This document shows positions 27,083 through 42,603 of a stretch of DNA of 64,000 nucleotides, piece by piece. The DNA comes from the human T2T-CHM13v2.0 reference genome, Homo sapiens, in the NCBI RefSeq assembly GCF_009914755.1, contig NC_060930.1; one strand, given 5' to 3'. The notes beneath the pieces are model-generated. The model searched no databases. It was not told the origin of the DNA and saw only the letters and a list, made by a program, of their open reading frames with translations. Within the stretch, counting starts at the first letter, position 1; each line of letters opens with the position of its first letter. A program made the position numbers and the translations under genes.

Positions 27083-29308
27083 TCATTTTCATGAACCTAA
27101 TTTGACTTCTGAAGCAACATTTATATAAACACTTTTATGTATTCCTCTAATATTAGACATTTAATGTTTCCAAGTTTTCACTATTTTCAAATAATATTGC
27201 AATAAACATCTTTACACATAAAACTTTAGCTGTATATTAAAGTATTTCCATGGGTGAGACTCCCAGAAATTGGCCAATTAGGTCGAAGAGTCTTAGAATG
27301 CATTGAAAAATTCCTTTTCAAAACATTTTTATGTATTAATGTTCCCACTTGCAAGGTCTATGTAAACAGCCTTTATAACTGCAACCATTGCCATAACTGG
27401 ACAATCTCATGAAGAAAAAAATTCTTCATTAATTTAGTCTAATGTAAAACACTATACTAGTATGTCAGAAATATAAATCATACCGAAATTCCAACAGCTG
27501 AATAAATAAACACTAAATATATACACTGAAAATTTGTGTAAAGAGCCATTTCGGCTAACACTGGTAAGAGAAAAGTGAAATGGCAAATGCTGTGTGTGCT
27601 CTGCTTGCCTAAGGATTAATTTGTGAACATAAGCTGGTATTTGTTAACAGGTCACCCATGTTAGGAGCCTTTCTTTCTCTCAGGTTATTAGTACACAGTA
27701 AATAGAACTGTCTGCATTCCACAAAAACTCCCCCTCAAACCAAGGAGCTAAGTCTAGTTACCAATTTTTAAAACCTCTAAGAAGTATTATGCTTCACATA
27801 AACAACAGCAATCCTTGAGAACAAGTATGGATTTTAAAAAGCACAGTTCAAGCATTTGTTAAATATCTATTCTGTCTGGGGACATGGACTGTCATTTAAA
27901 AAACTGAATCTACAAACCCATCCACAGCTTTACAGGAACCCCGTAAACAAGGGAAAATTCACTTCTGGTGAGAGAGGCACAAAACTACCTTTAAAAAAGC
28001 CAAATTTTTAAAGTATTTAAGAACTTGAAGTAAGAAGACTCTTCCAGTTGTTTTTTTAATTATATATACAACGTTTCGCAGAAGACAGGCTATTTTTGCT
28101 AATCAGTAGCTGAGTCAGCCAAATTTGGTTTATGTTATTAGTATTACTGTCAATAAAGCAGTATAAAACAGCTTGACTTTTCCAATCCCATGCGGAGGCA
28201 CTAAGTGAGCAGTTGGAAAAATATTTTTACTTGCTCACAGAGAGATTTCATACTCATGTCACAGGACACAAATGAGAAACCCCAAAGACTCCTCTTGCCT
28301 GCACTTTTCGGCTCAATCACCACACCTAGAATAAACAAACAGCATAAAACACAACAGCTTCCATTTAGAATCAACCAACTCCTACCTGGGCATTAAAATC
28401 CTCACGAGGACAACCAGCCCACTATCTGGGAATTATGTCACACTGAAAAAGAAGACTCCACCAGCAAAACATTGGTCAAGTACTAAGATAAGCTATCCAA
28501 GGTTTAACAGGAAATGGCATTAACTCTGGCCTAATTTGTTACAGCATCAAACAAAGCTTGCATCATTACAGATTGCAATGCTTCACTAATGAGTTAAGAG
28601 GATTTCATTATGAAACCATAATATTCTTCCTTTATTGAGTCCCTTGCTTCAGGATCATAACACCATTAAAAACAGAAAACACACCAAGGATAATAATCAT
28701 AGTAGCTAACATTGAACACTTAATGTGTGCTAAGCATCGTACCACGCACTTCACATGCACTATTTAATTTAATCTTCTCAGTAAGTTCAGTTACCGAGCC
28801 TGCACTTGTTGGAAAATGGGATTCAAACCCTGAATGTTGGCTCCACAACCTGCACTTTTAACTGTCAATCATATTAAGATTAAATTTAACTGTCAGGAAA
28901 ATAGAAAAATGCATCAAACTAGCAACCTACAGATACCTGTAACACACTACTGGGTCCCAAGTAGTAGTCTAAGATTTAGGTGAGGAACAGTTTATGTCCA
29001 AGACAATCTAACACCAAGACAATGGTGTAAAATATAGAATGTCAGTGAGTCAATGGTTACATTAATTACAAAGTTTATGTGACACTTAATTTGGTTTTTC
29101 TTCCCCATTCAAATGAATCATCAGATTTTGGCATCCTAGGAACAGGATAAACGTGGTCATATTAATTCTCAGGTAAGGAGGCCTGCCTAGACATGACATA
29201 AAAGCAAATACAGTGATAACATGATCTCAGTGAAGCTATGACTAAAAAAGTCTCAAATAGAAACTTCATGGAATGAGAAATGGCTCTACCACGTCCAATA
29301 CTAGCCAG

Positions 29309-29607
<299 letters not shown>

Positions 29608-29702
29608 CAATATTAGTCAGTTTCTAAAGCCAGGATAAGTAACAAGCTTTTCCCATATCCCTTTTAAAATATGGATATGCAGAATTTAAGAAAATCAGTT
29701 AT

Positions 29703-30027
29703 GGGTCGGGTGCAGTGGCTCATGCCTGTTAATCCTAGCACTTTGGGAGACTGAGGCAGGCTGATCAATTGAGGTCAGGAGTTCAAGACCAGCCTGGTCA
29801 ACATAGTGAAACCATGTCTCTATTAAAAATACAAAAACTAGCCCGGCATGGTGGCACACGCTTGTAATCCCAGCTACTCAGGAGGCTGAAGCAGGAGAAG
29901 TGCTTTAACTTGGAAGGCGGAGGTTGCAGTGAGCTGAGATTGTGCTACTGCACTCCAGCCTGGGAGACAGAACGAGACTCTACCTCAAAAAAAAAAAAAA
30001 AAGAAAAAGAAAAAAAAGAAAAGAAAA
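29703..30027 (+). mobile_element. AluS
   Basis: Full dimeric Alu with A-rich tail; TSD-like aagaaaaWcagtta. Confidence 0.93.
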
Positions 30028-30125
30028 ACAGTTACAGATCTCTATCTATGGATATTGATTACATAAGTTTATATAACTAAAAGTAACATTTAAAAACATG
30101 GATTAAGTAGAGTTAAAAGAATTGG

Positions 30126-30420
30126 GGACCAGGCACAGTGGCTCACAGCTGTAATCCCAACACTTTGGGAGGCCAAGACAGGCAGATCGTTTGAGCCCAG
30201 GAGTTTGAGACCAGCCTGGGCAACATGGAGAAACCCCACCTCTACAAAAAATAGGAAAATTAGCTGGGTGTGGTGGTGTGTGCCTGTGGTCCCAGCTACT
30301 CTGGAGGCTGAGGCAGGAGGATGGCTTGAACCCATGAGGTGAGGTTGCAGTGAGCCAAGATGGCACCACTGCATTCCAGCCTGGTGACAAGAGTGAGATC
30401 CTGTCAAAAAAAAAAAAAAA
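30126..30420 (+). mobile_element. AluJ
   Basis: ttgagcccaggagtttgagaccagcctgggcaacat; A tail. Confidence 0.92.
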
Positions 30421-33099
30421 GGAAAAGAAATAGAATCAGGAAGGAGGGCAGAATACTGGTCTATAGCAACGACTCTGGGATAACTACTTAGTCTTAGTTT
30501 GGAGAGAAAGCAGAGGAATGGGCTATCATACCAAAAAAAAATCAGAATTTCTTCATCTCCAAAGTGTATCAAAAAGGAAAAGAATTAGCTTGAGGTTTGA
30601 CAGAAGAAACTTGCAGAGAGATGATATACAAACACTAGAAAAGGCCTAGGGTGATATTGCATAAATAAGTACCCCACTCTCTTCAATGGCTGGGGCGGAC
30701 AGATTAACCGGAAGCCAAAGACTTTTTTTCTGGACACTGATAACCCTGTTCCATCTAGACCGAAACAAGGTAGAAAAGCACTGTGCTAAAAGTCACCTGG
30801 TCTCCCTGACTCTGCCCAACACCCTAGGTCCACTCGCTAACATGAATGTCCTATCCTACTAATAAGTTTTCAGGGAGGTTGCTTCACAATTTATTCTCCA
30901 AAATGCCATGTTTCACACTCAATTTACTAATGACCACTTCACAAGTGTCTAGATGTCCTATCCAAGGACAGGACAATTTATGGATAAATACAGCCAAAGA
31001 GAATCATGTATGATTCTTCAATCTAAAACACAACTTCTAGGCTTAAGATACCCATTACTGTGTCATAAGCCAAATATCTGATACTTATGTCCAAATGTCG
31101 TTTTTTTAAAAAAGTGCCCGTATCTTACCTATCATTTATGGAACACCATGAAGGTGATGTGATACCGCACCCTGTAGATATTTATGCCTGTCAAGTATTC
31201 ATAAGCACTCTTCTGGATGCAGTGAGCCTGAGAGAGTTTCTGAATGACCGAAGCAACTAGACTCACATGAAAAGTTGATTTCCCACTAGCACCCAGTCAG
31301 AGACAGAGAGTCACAGGGCTGAGGGCTTTGCTCAGGAGGAAGATCCAGGCTTGGGACAAAGGGAGAGGCTTCACCAGAGGAGGGGGACTTCCACTGTCAC
31401 TTAAAAGACTGGTAGGTTTGGGCAGGCCAAGGAGCAGGGGAAAGAAATAAGGAAATTGCTACTCAAGAAGTGGAGGCAGGAGTGGGCTGCCACAATCTGG
31501 GAAGAATTGTGACACTTGGTAGGCCGGAAAAGTGTCTCAAATTTTACCTCGACTTTATTAAGCAGCCATGTTAATTGGCTGGCATGTGTTAAACATTCCA
31601 CTCGACCAGAAAACCAAGTCAGCAATGATTTAAGGCACATTAAAACGTGAATGCTCCATAAATATTTGTTAAATGAACTAACTCTGGACAGAGCATCAGG
31701 GAAGACTTCATGCAAGTGGCATTTGGCCAGGTTATTAAGGACTTTGCAGGGTGGAAGGCCTAGGAGGCACAATGGTTGGTGGATAATTCAAGCGAAGGCA
31801 CAGCATGAAGAGATATAGAGGTGTGAAAGGACACAGTAGACAGAAAGGGTAGGGTATCAGAATAACTCAGTCATCTCTTAGCCTGTTGAAGCCATCGTCT
31901 TGAGCATCTTATAAATATCCACCTCTTCCTAGCTGCACCACCAAGGCCCATTTTCTTTCCTGTGGACTCCCAGCTGGCTTTCAGGCACTCATTCTTGCCT
32001 CCTTCTATCCACCTCCACATTGCACCTGAGTTCTTTTTAACCACCAAAATCAGTGGGGCCACTCTTGCCTGAAGCTTTTTGTCACCTTGCTCTCTGGATA
32101 CAGCCTACAATCCCTCACTTGGCTTAGAGGCCCTTTCACACCCAGGCCCATACCTGCTTTCCCTAGCCCAACTTCTGCCGTCCCCTCTTGCTCACTGCCC
32201 CCAACCCCACCCGTTTCCTTTTCACATTCTGCAGTGTGTCCTTGACTCCGGCAGCTCCCAAGCAGGGAAAGCTCCCTTACCCGCCTGTCCCACTTCCCCT
32301 CTATCTGTGCACACCAGAGAAATCTTCCCTGATTCCTCCCGCAGAGCCCCAGACTAGGTTAGGTCCCTCTCTGTACATTCTAATCATACTCCAAATACAA
32401 ATTATTTAACCTGTGGTTAACATCTAAGTCCTTGAGGCGTTATGTATCTGTGGGATGACTGTGAGGCTGGAAAGCAGCCTGGAAAGCAGTTTTGCCCTAG
32501 GCACCAGCAAGTACGGTGACTCAGCCATACCGGCCTTCACGAGAAAGCAGAAAAAAACCCAAGGTCTGCTTTCCCTCACCATGCTTCCAGCAGAGCAGGA
32601 GGCACTCACAACAGGCGCTTGGCACCATTACCCAGCAGGGCAAGATTACAGAACTTTTCACCTTGCTTGCAACTTTAGAAACTGTGTGTCCACCACTAGT
32701 GCAGCAGACAGTTATGGGTGACGCTGACCTACAAACAGATGAGATGACCCTACTTTAGATGAGCTCATGTTTCCACATGCATTCTCTAACTTAGGACCCC
32801 AAATGGACCCAAATCCTTTGAAACAGGATATTCTGCTCCCTCTTCTGACAAGTTTCTATCCACTCACTCCTCCTGTCTGCCTTCCCTAGTAGGCAATCTG
32901 CCATCACCAAAGCAGATCTTTGTCCCCACCCTCCTTACTCAGGCTGGAAGCTACAGTCACAAATACTCCTGATGCCCAACCTACCCCTGTGGTGCCTCAC
33001 TGCTAGGTAAATCCAACAAGCAGAATTGATGGTTTTGCTGAGATCTGGACAGTCCCTATGAATCCCTTAAAAGTCCTCCTCCTTCAATGGTCACTCTTC

Positions 33100-33435
33100 A
33101 CATGCTACAGCAGGGGTGGATGAAACTTGAAAACATTATGCTAAGTGAGAGAAGCCAGATACAAGAGGTCACATATTGTATGATTCCATTTATAGGAAAT
33201 ATTCAGAATAGGCAAATCTACAGAGACAGAAAGCAGATGGGTGGTTGTCAGGGGCTCAGGAGAGGGGAGAATGGCAAGTGGCTGCTAACTGGCAGTGGTC
33301 TCCTTTGGGGATGTGAAAATGTTTTGGAATTAGAGGTGACTGTGGCAAACAACACTGTGGATGTACTAAATGCCACTGAGTTGAACATTTAAAAATGGCT
33401 TATATAATGTAAATTACACTTCAATTGAAAAATTT
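33100..33435 (+). mobile_element. L1MB-type 3' UTR fragment
   Basis: gaaacttgaaaacattatgctaagtgagagaagccagatacaagaggtcacatattgtatgattccattta. Confidence 0.85.
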
Positions 33436-34905
33436 CAAATAACTTTTTTTAAAAGTCCCTCTTCACCCTTCCAATTCATACAGTATCTTTCCATCGTTCT
33501 GCTTATACTCTGGATCTTTTCCCGTTTCTTTCAAGAATTTATTCATCTCCCATCTGCCTTTTACCTTCCATTTCCTCTCTCGACTGGATGCTTTTTTTCT
33601 GCTGACAAATCAGCTCCAGTGTTCAACCTAAAAGTCCTTCCCTGAACTTTATTTTCCCCTCAAATCTCATCTACAATGATCCCAAGACCCCATAAAAGTC
33701 AGCCAATTATCAATAGCCTCCACTTTTCCACCTCCTGTATCCCTCTAGTTCCGTTTCCAGCAATAAGACAACCACAGATAGTAAAAAACCTACCGGCTAC
33801 CACACATATAAAAAAACACTCTTGTTAAAATGAATGAATGAACCTACAAATTTAAAAAGAAACTGCCAGATACCTTTGGCATTGCACTGCCCAATGAGAC
33901 AGACAAGGGCACAAATAGCTATTTAAGTAAACTGAAATGAAAAACTAAAAATTCTGTTTCTTAGTTGTATTAACCACATTTCAAATGCTCAAAAACTAGT
34001 AGTAGTTAGTGACTACTATATTAGATAGTGCAAAATATATCCCATTAAAAAAAATCTGAGCATCTGGAAATACAGTAGCTCAACTGTACTGGTACCTGAT
34101 TCAGGTATCAAAGAATCTGAGGTTATAAAAATCTTAAAAGAATTCCTTAGAGTAAAATCAAGAGGAGGCTAATGCTCTATTTACAGTCCCCAAAGTAGAG
34201 CTCTAGTTGATCTGACATTATACACAAAAGGCCAGAGGAAATCTTTTTGTAACACATAGAATTAAAGGTTAAATGGTTACATAAAACAAGATGGAGATGT
34301 GGGACATGATGCAGCAATTTTTTATTAAAACAAAGGCATTATCCAAAATCAACAGTTAAAAAAAGGTCAAGCAGTATCTATCCAAGAGACAGGAACAAAA
34401 AAGAAATCAGCTATTTTAAAACTATTCCAAAAGGTTGCTAGTCTGGAAGCCTAAATACTGTAATGTATAGATAGCAAAGAGAAAGGGATGAATTAAAAAA
34501 ATAAAATGAACATCTAAAAAGCTATTAATGCTACACTGAGACCTTAATCTCTTCGTTTACTCCTTGTTGTTTTGGGTTTTTACTTTAAAAACTGACCACT
34601 ACAGCCTTACCACAGAGCACTAAAGCAAGCAACCAGTGTTGTTAAGTGGACATAAGCTTGCTTTTAAATACTGTCCTGTCTACAAAAAGTACCTTACAGA
34701 TATGTTCATTTGATAAAAAGACCAAAACCAGCCCACCTGGTGAAGTTCACATGTGAAGGTGACACACATAGAGCCTGTGGCATAAAACACAGAATTTATT
34801 TAGGCAGAAGGAAACAGGAGGCAATGGCTGCTGAAGCAAGAAGGAAAAATGTTTTTATAACTAAGTAGTATATAAAGTACTTTTAGTACTATATATATAA
34901 AGTAT

Positions 34906-34954
34906 AACTAACTACTACTACTACTACTGCTACTGCTACTGCTACTGCTACTAC
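34906..34954 (+). repeat. Compound microsatellite (TAC)n(TGCTAC)n
   Basis: actactactactactactgctactgctactgctactgctactac. Confidence 0.9.
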
Positions 34955-35270
34955 GAGATTACTTTTTCACTGTCACCAAAAGTTTTGAAAAATACGTTTT
35001 TATATTTTGAAATATATTTTGAAAAATATATACTTTATTATCATACAGTAGGTTAGTTATTTTTAAATGTTTTCATAATTGTTTTAAACCTATATTTTAA
35101 AACAATTTAAAATTGGTTTCTAATAAGGTAAATACTAATAGATATAATCCACATAAACAAAAGCTCTTTGAGTTTCTCAGTAACATTTAATAGCGCAAAT
35201 CTTATCTTTTTTTCCTTTTGCTTTTTTAAATGTTTTTCTCTCAAGCCACTTTGTCTAAGAATACTATGTC

Positions 35271-35677
<407 letters not shown>

Positions 35678-35744
35678 TTATATATTTAGCTTCTTATCAT
35701 AATGGCAAATAACCCAAATACACTTTAAAAATAAAGAACTTCTA

Positions 35745-36242
35745 CAGACGCGTCACTTAACAATGGCAATACATTCTTAGAAATATGTCACTGGGCGATT
35801 TCATCATGAGAACATCATAGAGTGTATTTACACAAACCTAGATGTATGGCCTACTACACATGCAGGCTATATGGTACAACCTATTGCTCCTAGGCTACAA
35901 TTAACCTGTTTGGCATGTTACTATACTGAATACTGTAGGTAACCATAACACAGTGGCAAGTATTTGTATAGCTCAACAAAGAAAAGGTATAATAAAAATA
36001 GAATATAAAAAATAAAAACCAATACACCTGTACAGGGCACTTACCATGAATAGACGTTGCTCTGGATGAGTCAATGAGTGGTGAATGACTATGAAGGCCT
36101 AGGACATTACTGCACACTGTAGACATTATAAATACTACATTGAGGCTAAACACTATGCTGAGGCTACACTAAATTTATTTTAAAATTTTTTCTTCCTCAA
36201 TAATAAATTAACCTTAGTTTATGGTAACATTTTTTTCTTTAT

Positions 36243-36274
<32 letters not shown>

Positions 36275-37376
36275 AGGGACAGAGTCTATGTTGCCCAGTG
36301 GGGCTATCCACAGGTGTAATCATAGCTCACTGCAGCCTCGAACTCCTGACCTCAAGTGATCCTGCCTCTTCAGCCTCCCGAGTAGCTGGGACTACAGGTG
36401 CATGCCACTGTTCATGAGTTTTACAGACTTTTACATTTTAACTTTTGACTCTTTTGTAATTAACACAACACAAATACATTGTACAGCTGCATAAAAATTA
36501 TTTTCTTTATACTCATTCTGTAAGCTTTTTTCTATTAATTTTTCTTTTAAAACTTTTTTTTCCCTTAAACACTAAGACAGAAACACACACATTAGCCTAG
36601 GCCTACTCAGGATCTTCAATATCACTGTCTTCCCTTCTACATCTTGTCCCACTGGAAGGCCTTCAGGGGCAATAACATGTGATAACAATGTTTTCTTCAG
36701 GAATACCTCCTGAAAGACCTGCCGGAAGCTGTTTCACAATTAACTTTATTTTTTGGTTAAGTAGGAGTACTCTTTAAAATAATGACAGGCAGTGGCTCAT
36801 GCCTGTAATACCAACATTTTGGGAGACCGAGGTGGAAGGACTGCTGGAGCCCAGGAGTTGAAGATCTGCCTGGGCAACACAGTGGGACCCCATCTCAACA
36901 AAAAATTTAAAAAGCCAGGCATGGTGGTACATACCTGTGGTCCCAGCTACTTGGAAGCTGAGGTGGGAGGACTGCATGAGCCCAGGAAATCAAGCCTGCA
37001 GTGAGCTGTGATTACACCACTGCACTCCAGCATGAATGACAGAGCGAGACCCCATTTCCAAAATAAATAAATAAAAATTTTTTAAATGATAAAAAGTACA
37101 GTAAATACAAAAACCAGTAACATAGTTGTTTATTATCCCTATCAAGCACTGTATATGGTACGTAATTGTATGTGTGATACTTTTATAGAATTAGCAGTGC
37201 AGTAGGTTTACACCAACATCTCCACAAACACATAAGTAATACACTGCCCTAGGACATTAAGATGACCCCTACTTCACCAGGCAAGAGGAATTTTTCAGTT
37301 CCATTATAATCTTATGGGACCACCATTATATAGGCAGTTCATCACTGACCAAAATATGGTTATGCAGTGTATGACT
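35745..37376 (+). mobile_element. Tigger3/MER7 DNA transposon with two nested Alus (36245-36410 minus monomer; 36787-37075 AluJ plus)
   Basis: Starts cagacgcgtcacttaacaatgg...gaacatcatagagtgtatttacacaaacctagatg; ends gttatgcagtgtatgact. Confidence 0.85.
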
Positions 37377-37521
37377 AAACTTGTCCTTTAGCAGTTAAAT
37401 GAAACTTGGAGTACACCGAGTTTAAAAATCTAACACTCAAAATATTTGAAGTTTGTTAAAATGGTCATTTTGGAAATAAGCTAATTATAATGAATAAATC
37501 TTACACTAAATATATTGTAAC

Positions 37522-37927
37522 TGTATTAGTCCGTTTGGTGTTGCTATAAAGGAATATCTGAGACAGGGTAATTTATAAAGAGGTTTATTTTAGCTCACAG
37601 TTCTGCAGACTGCACAAGCAGCACAGTGCCAGCATCTGCTTCTGGTGGGGCCTCAGGAAGCTTTTACTCACTGTGAAAGGTGAAGGGGGACCAAGAGTGT
37701 CACATGGTGAGAGAGGAAGCAAGACAAAGAAGAGCAAGAGAGAGATGCCAGGCTCTTTTACACAACCAGATCTCACATTGAACTCTTTACCATGAGATGG
37801 CACCAAGTCACTCATGAGGGATTCGTCTCCATGACCCAAACACCTCCGAGTAGGCCCCACCTCAAACACTGGGGATGAAATTTTCACATGAGATTTGGAG
37901 GGGACAAACACCCAAACTACATCAATA
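37522..37927 (-). mobile_element. MaLR LTR (MST family)
   Basis: tgtattagtccgtttggtgttgctataaagg...gagatttggaggggacaaacacccaaactacatca. Confidence 0.88.
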
Positions 37928-40900
37928 ACTAGAAATACTCTGTGAAATAAGTTGTTACCAGTTCCCTACTAACTCGTCAAGTTACATTCAGTATGGTATT
38001 AAGAGAAATTCAACCCAATCAGCCAAACAGGAGTGAGGTGATTTTCACATTATTGGTAGGCATAAAAACTGAGTTTCTTTAGCCACAGCATGATGCTAAC
38101 TCTCCTTCCAAATGAGGACGCTCCTCATGGAGACTTAATTACCAAAAACTAAAATTTAAAATCATAAATAATGAGAGAAGCAAGTTTCCTGTGGTTAAAT
38201 CACATTAGGTAGTACTGCAAATAGAATGTATTCAATTATCAACCACTACATAAATGCTGAAGTGTTATACATACAAACATATACACAGAACGGAGCAGGA
38301 GGAGGGAAAAGAGGCGGAGAGAGAATGGAGAGGGAGTGAAATGGAGAGGACAAGGAGAGAAAGAGAAAGGGGAGTGCGTAGAGGAGTGATCACTCAGAAT
38401 CAAAGTCAAAAATTCATTTTTCTGACTTCAACTTGCCACAACACACACTTTTTGGAAACCAAACTTTCCATTTGCCTACCATGTCAGTCAGTTTTCATCA
38501 GGTACTAGTTTCTTTGGCTCTGTTTGCTAATCAGTTCAAACTGTATCATGTAAGAGGTTCTTCAAAAACTTTACAAAAACACGAAAGCCACCCTCCCCAA
38601 AAGGGTACAGCTACAGGGTGGCTTGGGCCACTATGTGCCCCCAGCATCAGTGGCTGAAGCTCAGCTGACTCCTTAAAGCGAAGACCTGGCTGAAGGAAGA
38701 AAAGCAGGTCAGCAAGGGGGAGAGGGGAGAGAATGAATAAATAAGGTAGGGAGAAAATTACATGACACTCCCTTCTCTAAAATAAGAATCTGGGAGTGAC
38801 ACTCCACCTCTCCAAGCATGCCTTTCAGGGTTGGGAAGAGTATCCCTTTGCAAGAGAACGGTGTAGAGAACAGTGTTAAAGAGAGTGTTAATCCTGTGTG
38901 AACCTCAACACTTACCTGCTATAAAGGTGGATTACATATCCTCATGGGTCATGAAGAAACTCAGTGCTTTTAAACTAGACCTCTGAAAGATCATTAGTTC
39001 ACAGCCACAGAACAGACACTTGCAGATTTCTCCCAACAAAATGCTTGCTGTTTGCTTTCTTCGTTTGGAAAACATTACAGAGAAATGCCTATAAAACCAG
39101 GTAGACTGTCTCATTAGAGGAAACTGACTTGATCTGAAGAATGGGGGAAAAAATCATGACTGTTTATAGTGGACAGTACAACTGAGACGTTAGTAATGAG
39201 CAGGGCACCAAGAACAGGACCAAGACTGTCTCCTCCCTCTCTGTTTTAAATCGTGCTGCACTCAGTTTATGTTTTCAGGGGCTTTGTCTTATAGGGATAC
39301 TGATTAATGTAAATGAATACTCACAATTTAGCACACAAAAATCTTATTTTTATCAAATCAAAGGACAAAGGGAAGGGAGAACAAGAAATTTAACTGGTCA
39401 ACTTAGAATGAATGGGCTCTCTTGTTTTAACCTTATTTCCCTTTCTGGAGAATAAAAGTAATGATAATTATAATTAAAGCAGTTTTCATGTGTGGTTTAT
39501 GGAAGTCATTACTCTATTAGTCATGCCCCATATCTATATAGGATTTAAAATTTTTAAATTATACTTGGTGCAGTATTCACTGAAAGTCTTTTTCACCTGT
39601 AAGCTCAAATTCCACGGTGAAACAACATTAGGTAGAAGGACAGTGACCAGGGAGAGATAAAACAACTATGATACCACGTTGCCTGTCTATTGACCTCCCT
39701 GTCTATGGTATCCTACAATCTCTAATGTCAATATGGTCTATAGTGGCTCTGAAATTGTCTCCTATTTCCCAGGAAATAGGCTATACTTTAATCACTGCAA
39801 CCAAGTTAATTGTGAAGGACAAAAAACTTCTGAAACCAAAAACTTTTAGGATGTAAACATGTCTAAAAAAGTGTTTGATGCCAAACTGACATTTTAAAAA
39901 CAGAATTTAACACGTTGTAGCAAGCAGAACCCATTTCCCCTTTTCCAGCACAAGCCATCAAGTTCTGTTTGGGGCTTCAGCCTCCCAAACTCAGTTGGAG
40001 AAATCTTACAGTATGAAAACCCAAGAGACAGAGGCCACAGCCTGGACCAAGAGACCAACCAGAGCCAGAGAGGCTCCTGAGAAGACCTGCAGCACAGGGT
40101 AAAATATGCAAGGGAGGGCCATATAACTTTTATCTTTACTTAATTTATTTTAATTTACTAATTTTTAAGTATTAACCTATTTTATTTTTATTAAATCTCT
40201 GTGGTTGCACAGAATTCAAATTGCAGCAAAAATCATTCAGGGCTAAACACTGGAAAAATCTCTTAATTCTAAGGTACATGACACAATGGACTCAAAAACA
40301 GTTGCTGAGTCCCTTTCACTGGAGAAATTTAAAGAAAGGGTATAGAAAAGTTTTGACCAATTCCACCCAATCCTGCATCCCCAATTCCAATCTCAAGGAC
40401 CAGTTTCCATCTGATCTCTCTCCACCTACAGATGGTGGTCCTGAATCTCCAAATCAACAAACCAAAAACTGAATCCATCATCTTCTCACACCTGGTTTTT
40501 CCTTCCAACTCCCTCATTTCTGTGACCTGCCCCATAACCTTACCAGGAATCCAGCCCCCAAAGCAGGGTGGACTCCTCCCTCTGCAATGGACACCAGGAT
40601 TCAGGTCCTGTTGCTGGCTCCAAAATGCCCACAATGCCCTGTTCTCCCAAATCAGCACATTCAACAGTGACATAAAGGAAAGAGTTAGATAGAGAAATGA
40701 TATCTGGTGCTGCTCCACAGCTAGCTGTGTGATTCTGGGCAAGCCATTTAAATTCTCATTCTTGGTTTCATCACCTATTACGTGAAAAGGCCAAATTATT
40801 TCTAAATTCCAAGCTCTATGGGATTTACAGGATTTGCATCCACTTCTCTTGATCCCCAAAGCCACTATGTAGCTGAAGCCACCATCATTTCCCAACCAGA

Positions 40901-41439
40901 TTAGTACACTCTCTCCCAGTGGATATTTCCTGCCTCTAGTCTTGTGCTGCTCCTCACCCCCTGAAAGCACCTGTCTAGGTTACTCACCTCCAGAAACCAG
41001 TCAAAGGCTCCGGGGAAAATGACCAAACCTGTCCCTGTGGCCCCAGGGCCCATGTGATCAGAACCCTGTCTCCCTCTGGCTTCCCTGGTCTACTTTCTGT
41101 TCCTCATATGCTCCTCCATCACCCAACTACCTGCCCCCTTTGCCTCCGAGCCTTTGCTTCAATACCCTGCCCATTTCCTCAGTCCAGAGAGATTCTTGCT
41201 TAGTCTCTAGGCAACGTTTCCTCATCCCCTCCCCCACCCCACCAGTCTGATTTAGGTGTCCTTCCTGTTTACTCGCAGGGCACACCTTTGCAGACCTCTC
41301 AGAGGCCTTGTCACTGTAAGTATCTGTTTATTTTGTCACTATCCTTCCCCCAGACTCTCAGTTCCAAGTGAGTGGGGACTGCTGGTCTCGTCTACCACCC
41401 ATGGCACAGACAGCCGGTTCTTGCCCAAACTCTATAAAC

Positions 41440-41828
41440 AGTAGCAGTACTTTTAGCTGCACATGGCCACCCAGAATAAAGATGAGATTTTCCAGCCACC
41501 TGCAGCCACGGGGTGATGTTCTAGCCAATGAGATGTAAGCAAAGTTATCTGGAGGCTGTTTCTGGGAACTTCCCATAAAAGAAAGCACCATCCGCGCTTC
41601 TACTTTCTGTTTCTTCTTACATCCTGCTGCTCGGAAGACTGAGGCCACACTAAGCCTGACAGACGTATGATGAGCAAGGAATTTACGCAGGGTCATACTA
41701 GCCCTGAACCATCCACCCTGCCTTTCATAAGAGATACACACTTCTACTTTGTTTTGGGATACCATTATTCAAACCACTATTATTTTGGCATGTCCATCGC
41801 TGCAGCTGAACCTAACTGCAACATACAC
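41440..41828 (+). mobile_element. Ancient ERVL LTR (LTR33/LTR16-like)
   Basis: cacatggccacccagaataaag...ttctagccaatgagatgtaagc...gcagctgaacctaac. Confidence 0.55.
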
Positions 41829-42110
41829 AGCCATACCCGTAGTATAATAATAAACTACCTGTTGATTCGAGTATATACCTCATAATTCCTACTGAGTCTT
41901 TTTACTGGTAACTGTATTGTCACGTGTAGGGTCCACATTCCTTAGCAGAGGCTAACACAGACAAATGACCAACACTGAGTGGGTTTAAGTGATCAACAAA
42001 TACTGACCAAGTGGCTACTGAGGCAGATAAGCTCTGTCCGACATGTATGGTGTACTTTAGCCTGGGCTCAATGTTGCTGCCAACCAAAACAAGGTTAAAT
42101 AAGAGGGCCA

Positions 42111-42388
42111 GGCCAGGCACAATGGCTCACACCTGTAATCTCAGGATTTTGGGAGGCTGAAGCAGGCAGACTGCTTGAGCCTAGGAATTCAAGACCAGCC
42201 TGGGCAACACGGTGAAACCTTGTCTCTACCAAAAATATAAAAAATTAGCTGGGCATGGTGGTGCTTGCCTGTAGTCCCAGCTATGCAGGAGGCTGAAGTA
42301 GGAGGGACACCTGGGCCTGGGAAATTTGAGGCTGCAATGAGCTGAGATGGTGCCACTGCACTCCATCCTGGGCAATTGGAGTAAGACT
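42111..42388 (+). mobile_element. AluJ lacking its A tail
   Basis: Dimeric Alu ending abruptly at ggagtaagactg. Confidence 0.9.
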
Positions 42389-42603
42389 GCCAGTTTCCAT
42401 GATCATTTTATTATGGAGTATTTGAGTGCCTAGACATCAAAGTTCACCCTATTCCGTCCTTGGGAACAGTGCCACCAGACTGGTCTATCATTGGTATATT
42501 CTACCTGAAAGCCCTAACAGGTAATATGCAGGTAAGCAAGGCCCTTTAAAATAACAGCACATGTCATCTCTGCTTCTAGGGCAGCTGGGATGTCTAGCAA
42601 TTT

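Noticed and set aside
40329-40970. 213-aa minus-strand ORF
   Set aside because: Overlaps degraded L2/MIR fragments; no protein similarity recognised.
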